Shown here: piece after piece, positions 26,999-36,900 of the stretch
Layout: the number at the start of each line of letters is the position of its first letter
Numbering within the stretch: the stretch's first letter is position 1
Source of the DNA: Candidatus Altiarchaeales archaeon
GTDB lineage: Archaea > Altiarchaeota > Altiarchaeia > IMC4 > SCGC-AAA252-I15
Direction of reading: 5' to 3'
Assembly: GCA_014727915.1 (NCBI GenBank)
Contig: WJMO01000011.1
Span: forward strand, 21,466 to 85,465
Length of the DNA: 64,000 nucleotides
The notes under the pieces: generated by a model
Told to the model about the DNA's origin: nothing
Database searches by the model: none
Seen by the model: the letters and a program-made list of their open reading frames with translations, nothing else
Position numbers and translations under genes: made by a program

Positions 26999-27081
26999 GG
27001 GGGTTTTTTTGTGATAGCTTTTCATTTTTATACATATGTTGTATGTATATTATACATATCATCATTTTTGGGTGTTTTGTG

Positions 27082-27339
27082 ATGGAGAGTGTTAGGGTTA
27101 ATGTGTTGCTTCCGGAGAAGCTTTTGAGGGAGTCTAAAAGTCTTGTGGAGAAGGGTTATTTCAGTAATTTCAGCGAGATTGTCCGGGAGAGCCTTAGACG
27201 GGAGATAATTAACTACAAGATTGGGCTGGGTGAGTTGACAGAGAAAGACCTGGAATTGCTTGAATGGGTAAGGCATGAGAAAGCCGCGGGCAATATACTG
27301 TCTGAAAAGGATATGGCAAAACATGGTCTCAAAGTTTGA
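27082..27339 (+). CDS. Ribbon-helix-helix (CopG/ParD-like) antitoxin
   Basis: Start ATG 27082 MESVRVNVLLPEKLL...LVEKGYFSNFSEIVRESLR; overlaps the downstream RelE-like gene. Confidence 0.8.
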   Translation: MESVRVNVLLPEKLLRESKSLVEKGYFSNFSEIVRESLRREIINYKIGLGELTEKDLELLEWVRHEKAAGNILSEKDMAKHGLKV

Positions 27340-27628
27340 ACTATGTTACTCCCGATTCTTTGAAACGCAGTGGCTCGGCTTCGACGAAAAAACCAGATCG
27401 ATAATCAAAGACAGGTTAAAGCTCATCAAACAGAACCCCCTCCGATACGACACCCTCAAAGGATACACGAGAGTCCGGAAACTGAAGTTATCCCTTGAAG
27501 GAAAATACCAACGGCTACTCTACGCACTCCACATGCCCAAAACAAACCATATACTCATCCTAGGTGTATTCGACAGAGATAAAGGCTACCAAGAATTCGA
27601 AAGAAAATTCATAAAACTCAAAAAATAA
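27323..27628 (+). CDS. RelE/ParE-family toxin
   Basis: Start ATG 27323; basic ~100 aa; I...L..I.QNP....TLKG...RKL......RLLY....ILILGVFDR. Confidence 0.75.
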   Translation: MVSKFELCYSRFFETQWLGFDEKTRSIIKDRLKLIKQNPLRYDTLKGYTRVRKLKLSLEGKYQRLLYALHMPKTNHILILGVFDRDKGYQEFERKFIKLKK

Positions 27629-27633
27629 AAACA

Positions 27634-27718
27634 CACTCCAAGCCCCCAGGGCGGCAGCGGTGAAATATACTACCACCCCCCCAACCACCTAGGCTCAACG
27701 GCTGTTGTTAGTGACAGT
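27634..27718 (+). pseudogene. Degenerate Rhs-core stub at the right edge of the island
   Basis: cactccaagcccccagggcggcagcggtgaaatatactac...aaccacctaggctcaacggctgttgttagtgacagt resembles 22857-22944 (TPSP.GGSGEIYY..NHLGST.VVSDS). Confidence 0.8.
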
Positions 27719-27795
27719 AGTTTTCAGAGAGATTTTAAGATATTCAAAATAATTATTAGAATTTTATAAACTATTTTAACTTTTCTTTGAATAGT

Positions 27796-28770
27796 TTATG
27801 TTTTTTCTGCGATGGCGTTTATGTCGCTCATGATTGCGCTGCTGGTTTCTCGGGGTCCGGCTCCTGCTCCGATCAGGGTTATCTCTCCGGCGACGTCTGT
27901 GTCGACTAATACTGCGTTCAGGCTGCCGCCCACGTTCAGTGGGTGGTCCAGTGGCACCAGCCGGGGGCTCACCTCCTTCGCGGCAATATCCCCCACGAGT
28001 TTGATGGTGTACCCGTGTTCCTTCGCCAAGTCCACCGCCTCAGGTGTCACGCCGGTTATCCCAACCACCTTCAAATCCTTGAACTTCACATCCATCCCCA
28101 GCGAGTTAGCCAAGATAACGACCTTGGCGGCGGAATCGATGCCCTCGATGTCATAGGTCGGGTCCGTCTCCGCCAAACCCAACGTCTGAGCCTCCAACAG
28201 CGCAGCCTTGAAATCAACGCCCTCCTCCAGCATCTTCGTAAGTATGAAGTTGGTCGTCCCATTCAAGATGCCATAGACGTTCCTCGCCTTGTTACTCTTC
28301 AACTCCCGGTCCAACGTGTTAAGAACAGGGATCGCACCCCCAACGGTAGCCTCGAACTTCAACATCACACCATTATCCTCGGCCAATTTCACCAGCTCAC
28401 CGTAGGCCACCACCAACGGACTCTTATTGGATGTGACAACGTGCTTCCCCGACTCCAACGCAGCCCGGATATGCTTCAAACCCGGCTCCCCAGATTTGAT
28501 GTCGCCGGGCGTCAATTCCACAACGATGTCAGCGTCAACTTCATTAATCACATCCAATGTCTTCCGCTTGCCCCACCGGGGCTTCTCCTTCAGCAGCCTC
28601 TTCAAGTCAACGCCACTTTCATCCACGATGCAGCCGCTGTACTCGCAGACGGCCACGACCTTCACGTCCAAACCCCCCTTCTTCAAAGAGCTTCTCTTCT
28701 CAGCCAAGGTCTCCACCAATCCCCTGCCGATGTTCCCGTAGCCCACGATTACCAGGCGCAACACTTTCAT
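27796..28770 (-). CDS. hom: Homoserine dehydrogenase
   Basis: GYGNIG, HVVTSNK, EATVGGAIP, GILNGTTNFIL, AETDP..DIEG.D.AAK, GAGAG..ET. Confidence 0.95.
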   Translation of the reverse strand: MKVLRLVIVGYGNIGRGLVETLAEKRSSLKKGGLDVKVVAVCEYSGCIVDESGVDLKRLLKEKPRWGKRKTLDVINEVDADIVVELTPGDIKSGEPGLKHIRAALESGKHVVTSNKSPLVVAYGELVKLAEDNGVMLKFEATVGGAIPVLNTLDRELKSNKARNVYGILNGTTNFILTKMLEEGVDFKAALLEAQTLGLAETDPTYDIEGIDSAAKVVILANSLGMDVKFKDLKVVGITGVTPEAVDLAKEHGYTIKLVGDIAAKEVSPRLVPLDHPLNVGGSLNAVLVDTDVAGEITLIGAGAGPRETSSAIMSDINAIAEKT

Positions 28771-29261
28771 GCCGCCACCTCGTTTATGAACAGGAACCTC
28801 TTCTCCCGGCAGATGGTCTGGATCACGTCCATCAGCTTACCATGCTTGTTGTCGTCCACGTCCACCTCCATCAGCACAGCGGACTCCGCCTCTGGGTCTG
28901 TCATCCGAACGTCCACGTCACGGACCAGCCCCAACTCGTTGATCCGGTCGATGGTGTCCTGGATGTCGTTGTCGATCACGTGACCCACGAAGATGAACGA
29001 CAGGCTCCTCTTCTTATAGTACCTGTGACCCTCGACGCGAACGTCCCTGACCCTCACCTTCTCCTTCTTCAACGCGCCGAGGATCCTCGACAGCGACTCC
29101 TGGTCCCGGACCTTGAACACAACATCCACTCCCACAAGGCCCTTGCTTCCCCGGGAATGGAGCACGCTGACTATGTTACCCCCGTTCGCGGAGATGGGCT
29201 CCAACGCCCTCACCAGCATCCCAGGAACGTCCCTGAGACCAAGACTCACGTCAACCCGCAT
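28767..29261 (-). CDS. ACT-domain amino-acid-binding protein (hom-associated)
   Basis: LRDVPG.L..ALEPIS..GGNIVSV.H, GHVID.DIQDTIDRIN; overlaps the hom start. Confidence 0.85.
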   Translation of the reverse strand: MRVDVSLGLRDVPGMLVRALEPISANGGNIVSVLHSRGSKGLVGVDVVFKVRDQESLSRILGALKKEKVRVRDVRVEGHRYYKKRSLSFIFVGHVIDNDIQDTIDRINELGLVRDVDVRMTDPEAESAVLMEVDVDDNKHGKLMDVIQTICREKRFLFINEVAA

Positions 29262-29310
29262 TCTAACCCCTGGATATTTATTATCCCGTCTACCCTAAAA
29301 AGAACCCACG

Positions 29311-31335
29311 ATGCGCACTTTAGTGGTTACGGAGAAGCCCAACGTCGCGGAGAGGATAGCCAACAGCCTCGGCAAGGCAACGAGGAAAACACACGGGGGA
29401 GTCGCATACTACGAGGTCGGCGACACCGTCGTCGCCCCCGCAGTCGGCCACATATACGGGCTCAGGGAGAGGAAAAGCAAAGGCTGGGTGTATCCGGTCT
29501 TCGACATAGAATGGGCGCCCTCCTACTCCATCAACAAGAGCAGCGCATTCACCAAGAAGTACCTGAACAACATCAAGCACCTGAGCAAAGACTGCCAGAG
29601 GTTCATCAACGCCTGCGACTACGACGTCGAAGGAGAGGTCATAGGATACAACGTGATCAAACACGCATGCGGGGCTGATCCCCTGTCCGAGAAGGTCCGG
29701 AGGGTGAAGTACTCGACCCTCACAAAGGACTCGATACTCAAGGCCTTCGAGAAGATCGGGCCCATCGACAAGGGGCTCGCCGACGCAGGCCTGGCGAGGC
29801 ACAGCCTCGACTGGTACTGGGGTATCAACCTCTCACGGGCGCTGAGCAACGCGGCCCGCAGCGCCAAACGATACGCCACATTGAGCATCGGCCGCGTGCA
29901 GGGGCCCACGTTGAAGGTGCTGGCGAAGAGGGAGCGGAGCATACAAGCCTTCAAGCCGGAGACATACTGGCAGGTGGAGATGCAATGCCGCAAGGAGACT
30001 GACTTCACCAGCATGCACGAAGCCGACAAGTTCAGCGAACAGGAGAAGGCCGACGCGGTCAAGGAGAAATGCGGCGACAAGGCCAGGGTCTCGGACGTGC
30101 AGAGCAGGAAGTACAAGCAGACACCCCCCTACCCCTTCGACCTCACCACATTGCAGACGGAAGCCTACAAGCACCTCAACATCGACCCCAGGCGGACGTT
30201 GGAGATAGCCCAGAGCCTGTACACCAACGCGTACATCAGCTACCCGAGGACCAGCAGCCAGCAGATACCGGAGGACATAGACTGCCGGAAGATAATAACC
30301 GACTTGAAGAGGCAGGGCGACTACGGAGTATTATGCGAGAAGCTGCTGGAGAAGAAGAAATTGAAGCCCACCAACGGGAAGAAGAAGGACCCAGCCCACC
30401 CCGCAATACATCCGACGGGCGAGATGCCCGCCAGGCTGGACGCACAACACAAGAGAGTATACGACCTCGTAACAAGGAGGTTCCTCGCATCATTCGGCGA
30501 GCACGCGGTAAGGCAGAGCGTATCCGTGAAACTGGACAACAACGGAGAAACATTCATCGCCAAGGGCAACACCACCGTCGAGAAGGGCTGGCACACATAC
30601 TACGGCCCCTACGCCAAGTTCGAGGAGAACCTCCTCCCGGTTCTTGAGAAAGGCGACGACGTCGACGTCAGGGACGTGCTAGTCCATGAGAAGGAGACCA
30701 AACCCCCGAAGAGGTTCACCCCCGCGTCGATCATAAAGGAGATGGAGAAGCGGAACATCGGAACCAAGGCGACGAGGTCGCAGATCGTGGACATACTATT
30801 CCGCCGCGGATACCTCCACGGGAAGACGATAGAAGTAACCAAGCTCGGCTTGTCAGTGGTGGACGCCCTTAACAAGTACTGCCCGGAGGTGCTGAGCGAC
30901 AAGCTCACCCGGAAGTTCGAGGAGGACATGGAGCAGATACAGGAGGGCAAGCTCACATCCGAGGAAGTCATAGACGATGGGCGCAGGACGTTGGAGAATA
31001 TACTCGCCGAGTTCAAGGAGAACGAGCTGAAGATCGGCACCGCACTCGCCGACAGCATACTCGAGGCGAAGAGGCGGGCGAGCAGCCTCGGACCCTGCCC
31101 AGTCTGCAAGAACGACCTGGTAGTCCGGAAATCACGGTACGGGGGGCATTTCATAGGATGCACGGGATACCCCAAGTGCACCCACACCTGGCCCCTGCCC
31201 AAAGACCCCGTTAAGAAGATCGGCGAGTGCAAGCACTGCGGGTATGCGATGATGATAGTCATGCCCAAGGGCAAACGCAAATGGAGCTTCTGCGTCAACC
31301 AGGCCTGCCCCGGGAAAAAGAAGAAAACGAGATGA
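29311..31335 (+). CDS. topA: DNA topoisomerase IA
   Basis: VTEKP, ACDYD.EGE.I, SIGRVQGPTL, ISYPRT (catalytic Tyr), AHPAIHPT, IGTKATR; C-terminal Zn ribbons. Confidence 0.96.
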   Translation: MRTLVVTEKPNVAERIANSLGKATRKTHGGVAYYEVGDTVVAPAVGHIYGLRERKSKGWVYPVFDIEWAPSYSINKSSAFTKKYLNNIKHLSKDCQRFINACDYDVEGEVIGYNVIKHACGADPLSEKVRRVKYSTLTKDSILKAFEKIGPIDKGLADAGLARHSLDWYWGINLSRALSNAARSAKRYATLSIGRVQGPTLKVLAKRERSIQAFKPETYWQVEMQCRKETDFTSMHEADKFSEQEKADAVKEKCGDKARVSDVQSRKYKQTPPYPFDLTTLQTEAYKHLNIDPRRTLEIAQSLYTNAYISYPRTSSQQIPEDIDCRKIITDLKRQGDYGVLCEKLLEKKKLKPTNGKKKDPAHPAIHPTGEMPARLDAQHKRVYDLVTRRFLASFGEHAVRQSVSVKLDNNGETFIAKGNTTVEKGWHTYYGPYAKFEENLLPVLEKGDDVDVRDVLVHEKETKPPKRFTPASIIKEMEKRNIGTKATRSQIVDILFRRGYLHGKTIEVTKLGLSVVDALNKYCPEVLSDKLTRKFEEDMEQIQEGKLTSEEVIDDGRRTLENILAEFKENELKIGTALADSILEAKRRASSLGPCPVCKNDLVVRKSRYGGHFIGCTGYPKCTHTWPLPKDPVKKIGECKHCGYAMMIVMPKGKRKWSFCVNQACPGKKKKTR

Positions 31336-31337
31336 TG

Positions 31338-32513
31338 CTATCCCCGCTCCATGTCGTCGATCCTTCTCAGATACTCGCGGGCAAGTGAATTGGACGGGTC
31401 CAGCTTCAGAGCTTCGCTGAAGTGCTTTCTCGCGCCATCAAAGTCGTCGATGTTCCCCAGGAAAGAACCGTAGTTGAACTGCGCGTATGGGTTTCGGGGG
31501 TTCAGCTCCACAGCCCGCCGATAATGTCGTCCAGCCATCTCCAGGCCCTCATGGGTCTCCCTCTCAGTCAATATATTGCCGTATATTATGTGCGCGTCAG
31601 CAGACTTGGGATTCAGTTCCAGCGCCCTTCTGACATGCTCCTCGGCCTTATCGGATTCGCCGCAGTTAAACAGCAGATTAGCGAAGTTCTCATGGGTTAG
31701 GTAGGATTTCGGGTCCAACTCCAAAGCCCTCTCATACTCTCTCTTAGCCTCTGCTGCCTGGTTGAACTGGCTTAGGAGGAGTCCCAGGCTTTCATGAGCC
31801 CTCGCATCCGCGGCGTCAGCGCTCATCCGCACAGGGTCGGCCTGCATAAGCTCGGCTATCGACCCGCCTTCACGCAGCTTATACGCCAGATGCCGTGTTA
31901 TCAAACCACTCTCAGCATCAACCGCCCTAACCCATCTGTCAACGGACAACAGCGAACCATATAGGGCGTCGGAGACGAGGAAGCTGTTCCCTGCCTTGAC
32001 GACTGCGACCATATGGGCTGGGATATCCATCACTCCGGCTTCAAAGCCCACAGTGGACGCGATCTTGGTGAAGATCTGGCTGTGGTGGATGCAGTCAACG
32101 GCGTCGACTTTCGGGTTGCCCGGGAGATGGCCGAATGCGTTCTTGAACTCGCGCGCCTTCTCAACCCTCCCCTCCCCGCAATGTCTGATGTTGAAGCGTG
32201 AGACAACCCGGGGGTATCCGCTCCTGACCTCCCGGTGGATGTGGCATGCGATCTCAACCTCGGCTTCCATCTGCTCCCGGGGCGAGAGTTCCTGGTACCA
32301 TCTTTCGTTCCTGAAGCTCCTATCCGGGAGAGTCCTCAACACTGTTCTATCAGGCAGCTCGACATCAACGGCATCTCCTCTGCCCCTCTCGATCCCTTCA
32401 CGGCTGTAATCCCCTATAAGGTCGGTGATGCCCGACAGTAGGCCCTGTTTGGTCTGGTTCTCCCGAAGATCCGGCAAAGCGCTCTCAACCGGCCGGCCGG
32501 AAACAACTTTCAT
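31338..32513 (-). CDS. TPR protein with N-terminal transglutaminase-like (Cys-His-Asp) region
   Basis: VDC.HHS, PAHMVAVV, LVSD, followed by about 4 TPRs (ALELDP/ALELNP/AVELNP/ALKLDP). Confidence 0.7.
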   Translation of the reverse strand: MKVVSGRPVESALPDLRENQTKQGLLSGITDLIGDYSREGIERGRGDAVDVELPDRTVLRTLPDRSFRNERWYQELSPREQMEAEVEIACHIHREVRSGYPRVVSRFNIRHCGEGRVEKAREFKNAFGHLPGNPKVDAVDCIHHSQIFTKIASTVGFEAGVMDIPAHMVAVVKAGNSFLVSDALYGSLLSVDRWVRAVDAESGLITRHLAYKLREGGSIAELMQADPVRMSADAADARAHESLGLLLSQFNQAAEAKREYERALELDPKSYLTHENFANLLFNCGESDKAEEHVRRALELNPKSADAHIIYGNILTERETHEGLEMAGRHYRRAVELNPRNPYAQFNYGSFLGNIDDFDGARKHFSEALKLDPSNSLAREYLRRIDDMERG

Positions 32514-32550
32514 CGCATTAACAAATCAGGAAACGCGCGAATTAAAGCGT

Positions 32551-32802
32551 TCACGTGTTCAGCGGGTCTGTCAGCTCAACGGTGGTCGGGTTCTTCCGGT
32601 ATATGACTCCCCGCTCCTGCAGCACCTTTATGGCCTTGCTGATCTCGTCCTTTTCGATGCCGTGCCACATGAGCTGCTCCTCGAGGAACCTGACCTTAGC
32701 AGTCTTGAGCTCGCTCATCAGCTCGCAGATTAAAAGCTTGCAATCCAATGCCAACCACCGGAACATAGTATTCGACAAACTCATTAAAAAGCTTGACATC
32801 AA
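32551..32802 (-). CDS. Small winged-helix-like protein
   Basis: EISKAIKVLQERGVIYR wHTH-like pattern; divergent from nurA. Confidence 0.5.
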   Translation of the reverse strand: MMSSFLMSLSNTMFRWLALDCKLLICELMSELKTAKVRFLEEQLMWHGIEKDEISKAIKVLQERGVIYRKNPTTVELTDPLNT

Positions 32803-32828
32803 TTTGATAATAGATTAAAGAAGATAGG

Positions 32829-33845
32829 ATGCGGCATTATGGTTTGTGGCTGGACAAGTACAGCAGGCGGCGGGCGCAGATACTCAACACCTGGGCGGGC
32901 CTGTCAACCAACATAGCGGAGTTCAAGGCCAGGATACCCGCTGATGACCTGTTCCAGGAGGTCGTGGACGCTGGGGACGTGACCATGCGAACGGCCTTCG
33001 TCGACGGCGGCGAGGGCATAAGGGAGCTCATCGGGCTGGGAGTGTACTTCATCCGCGCCTCCGGGCTGGTATTGTCCGACCGGGAGGAGGGGGAGCTGTT
33101 CGTCCGCGACCTGGACATGAACGTCATAGACTACGACGACCACGTGAAGGAGAGGGTCGAGCTGCTCAGGGAGGGGATGGAATTCGACGTCGCCATAAAG
33201 TGCATCGAAGACCACCACCCCCAGATGATGTTCCTCGACGGCTCCCTCTACGTCAAAGCACGGCGTAAACCCATAAAAACCCCGGAATACGAGCTTTACA
33301 GGAAGAAGATAGTTCGTCTCCTGAAGCTGGCCCGCAGGGAGGGCGTGAGGCTTGTGGGGGTCTCCGAGGACAGCAAGAGCAGGATGCTCAGCAAGCACCT
33401 GTCCGCCGAGTACCAGGTCAGGTTCCCCAAGTTCATGACCGACTCCTCCATATTAAGGGTGCTCGCCGGCGACACAGTATACCGTACCAGGGAGTTCATA
33501 CCCCAGAGCAAGTTCGAAGCCGACGACAGGATAGAGGACTCCCTAGTCGCAGGGTTCCCCACCGCCTACATACAGCCCACCAAACTCTCCAATCCGCTCC
33601 GCGTTGACGTCCCGGACTGGGAGAAAGACCTGTCTGAAGTGCTGTCTGTGATAGCTTCTCTGAGCAGGGGTTCACGCCATTTCGGATACCCCCTGCCATT
33701 GTACCTCGCCCACTTGGACGCTCACATCGCAAGCGCCCAGATGGACTGGACCGTACGGCAGATAGTCAACTACCTCAGCAAGAGGGATTCCATACTCGGC
33801 GGGGCGGTTCTGAAGTCCACTAGGAGGACGAACAGGCCCGAGTGA
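32829..33845 (+). CDS. nurA: NurA-family nuclease
   Basis: AFVDGG, E...A, FLDGSL, VGVSEDS, DS, PLRVD, GYPLPL..AH..A. Confidence 0.85.
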   Translation: MRHYGLWLDKYSRRRAQILNTWAGLSTNIAEFKARIPADDLFQEVVDAGDVTMRTAFVDGGEGIRELIGLGVYFIRASGLVLSDREEGELFVRDLDMNVIDYDDHVKERVELLREGMEFDVAIKCIEDHHPQMMFLDGSLYVKARRKPIKTPEYELYRKKIVRLLKLARREGVRLVGVSEDSKSRMLSKHLSAEYQVRFPKFMTDSSILRVLAGDTVYRTREFIPQSKFEADDRIEDSLVAGFPTAYIQPTKLSNPLRVDVPDWEKDLSEVLSVIASLSRGSRHFGYPLPLYLAHLDAHIASAQMDWTVRQIVNYLSKRDSILGGAVLKSTRRTNRPE

Positions 33846-33855
33846 AAAACCCGTT

Positions 33856-33890
33856 ATTTATAGAAAAATAAATATAATATTAAATAAACT
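33856..33890 (+). promoter_or_regulatory. AT-rich putative promoter of the surface-protein locus
   Basis: TTTATA/TAAATATAA elements in the intergenic region ahead of the 1645-aa gene. Confidence 0.4.
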
Positions 33891-33945
33891 GCGGTCTCCA
33901 TGTTTCGGTGTTTGAACGGGGTATTGGAGAGGTTGTGGGTTTAAC

Positions 33946-36900
33946 ATGAATCCGATAGTTCGGCCTGACAGAAAGAGCAAGATACCGGAGGTAGCCGCCG
34001 TTCTCCTCGTCCTTTCAATGCTCTCCCTCTACTTCATGGGCTCCGGGATAACGGGTTATTCGGTCGCCTCCAACATCTACCACAGCGACAGCGTCGATAT
34101 CGCCTTGACGGGGAGAAGCATAGCTGACGTCACGCTCAAGTCGAAGCCCCTGTCCCTGCGGGTGTCGGGTTATGCGCTGGGCGGGGATGCGGTGGACATC
34201 TTCCTGAAATCCGGCGATGACTGGCTGCTGATAGCGAACGCCTCCTCGATGGAGGAGGTGGAACCTGACCTGGACGAGGACATATCGGAGGTGGTTTCGC
34301 TGATCAACTCCACCGCAGGAGTTTCCGAGGAGATCCGGACCCGCCTGGACTACGCCGGCAACAGCTCATGGGACGCGGACAACGACGGCCGGGAGACCAT
34401 GCAGTCCGCGATAGACTTCACCGTCGAGAACACGGTCTTCACAGGCGACTTCGATGAGGATAAGCTCTGCACTGTATGGGAGGTCTACTCAGTGTACTCC
34501 GGGAACCTGACCGAGATGTGCTATGGAAACGAGGACTGCTGCCTCATATACGGGCTTTCAGCCGCTCCGGAGAGCAGTTGGGACGACAAGTTCTACCTGC
34601 CCTACGGCAGGTACAGTGCGCTGGAGAAGAACGTGGTGGGTGCGAAGGTCGTCTACGCCGACGTCGACCTCTCCCTTGAAAGCCAGGCCTACACCATCTA
34701 CCGGGGCGGGTGGGACTTCAAGAAAGCCATGTTCTACGTTCCAAAGTTCAGGTTCACCAGCGAATGCCTGGAAACATGCTCCCTCAAGAACGGTTCAAGG
34801 GATGCTTCCATAATGGCTGTCGTCGGCGAGCACATAAAGCTATACCTCGACTCCGTAGAATACGTTGGGGAGGGTTTGGGGGGTGTTAACTACTCCTTCG
34901 CGGGCATAAGGAACCTCAATGTGTCGGTGTCGAACAAGGAGGGGGATCCCGTCGGCCATTACCTCTTCACATCAGACGGGGAGACGGTGGACTTGAAGCT
35001 GAGCTCTGAGCACATGGCAGCGGACCTGCAGTCCTCCGTGATGGTCATAACCTCGCCGGTAGAGTTGCCTGAGGACCCCATTCGTAAGACCTACTACAAG
35101 GAAGAGCCTGCGTCGACGACCGTCGCATCCGAGGTTGTCATATACGGGTTGAGGAACGCCCCCGGCGCCGTTGAGGCGGTGTTCGACGACGTCTCCGACG
35201 CCAGCGTGCGCACGGGCGTTGCCGCCTTGACCGAGGGTTTGGAGTTCGATAGCATGACCGTCACCCTGCCCAGGTACGGTGGGGTGACTGTCGTATCAGA
35301 GTGCGTGGACTTCAACAGGGAAGAGTTCAGATGCCTTCTGTGGGAGCCCTACACCTTCAACTTCACATCGACAGATTGGAACGTGTCCTTCACCTCTGAC
35401 CACAGCGGAGTATACGCTGGAGTGAATGTCAGCGTCGTCGACTACATAGTAGAATATGGAAACACGACGGTCGTGGGCGCTAGGACCGAAGGCGACGTCG
35501 TGACGTGGTCCACTAGTATAGGCACTCAATACAGCGAGTCTCTCGAGTTCACCGCACTGTTGGAAGTCCCCGACTATGCCGAGAACATATCCATCGTCGA
35601 CGACAAGACAGGGTTGGACCTTGACTTCGAGGATGTTTCAACGGAGGGGTCGGGTGTCAAGACATTGGAGGTGATGTTCCGGGGCAGCGGAGAATACACC
35701 ATCTACTACATAACATCAGGGCCTTTGAAGGCAGAGCACGCTCCCGTGGAGGAAGGCGGGCTGCTGACCAAGAGGGTCGATATCACCAGCATAACCCCCT
35801 ACGAGGATTTCATCATATACTCTCAGGCCGAGAATGCCAAAGCATCGAGGATACGGCTTTTGGAGGTTTTGGACGGCCGCAGCGTGGACATAACCGACGA
35901 ACCCCGATTCAACGTCTCCCTCGAGGACGTCGACGGCGACGGTGGCGTGGACTGGGTGTATTGGCTGCTCGCAGAAGGCGGCAACCGGACCTTCGACCTC
36001 GTCATCGACAACAGGGAGAAGATCATGAACTGGACCAGCGAGTATGTGAGGACCTACCGGTTATCCGACGATGATTACCTTTCTGAGGTGTCAGTGGTTC
36101 CCGTCCAATACGAGGGTGAAAGCGGTTGGGTGGAATATGATACTCTGCTGGTGGACAGCGGCAGGTCAGGCTACGACCTCAGATCCTCCGGCGCCGAATA
36201 CACCGCGTACTTCAGCAGGTCATCATATAAGCCGGTCAGGGTAGAATACGACGGCGAATACGTTGACTCCACGCCAGCGGACGCTAACGGTGTTTCCGCC
36301 CTGGTGAGCGGGGACACCATCGCATACTATGGCATATGGGCTGGTGTGGACCTCTATTACACTGTGACTCCCGGCAGGCTTGTCATGGAAGCTGTGCTAT
36401 TGAACGGGTCCAGCCAGCCCAGGCTCCCCTACCAGTTGGATGTACCCCGAACAAGGGAGCTCAGGGAAGACGGCAGGGGCGGATTAGGAGTCTATGACGG
36501 GGAGGGCAACCGCCTTTTCGGCGCGGTGCAGGCCTATGCGGTTGACTCTGTGGGACGTCGGGCGGAGGTCCAGGGCGGACTTACAGTCAAAGGCCGGGAC
36601 TACGTACACACGCTAGTATTGGACGAGGACTACTTGGAAGATGTGGTGTATCCCGTCTCTGTTGTTCAGGCCTGGGATGTCGGGGTTGCGGTGCCTTCGC
36701 TCGTGGGTGACGCGACCGAGGACGGGATGCACTCTAACACCTCGTCAATCATACTCGGATCAGTCGGCGATGACGTCTTCCGCGGCTACGCCGACTTCAA
36801 CGTCGGAGCGTTGGAGGATTGGATGACATTGACCGGTTTGAAGCTGTCATTCAACGTTGAGAGTCCGCTGTCAGGTTGTGATAACTGCTCTTGCGTCGTC

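Noticed and set aside
22580-27790. Rhs island as an integrative mobile element
   Set aside because: No integrase, transposase, tRNA target or terminal inverted repeats are seen. The only repeats are Rhs-core sequences.
27943-29678. Long alternative ORFs 27943-28983 (+) and 28557-29678 (+)
   Set aside because: They are shadow frames of hom, the ACT gene and topA, which have clear motifs. The same applies to most short overlapping ORFs in the track.
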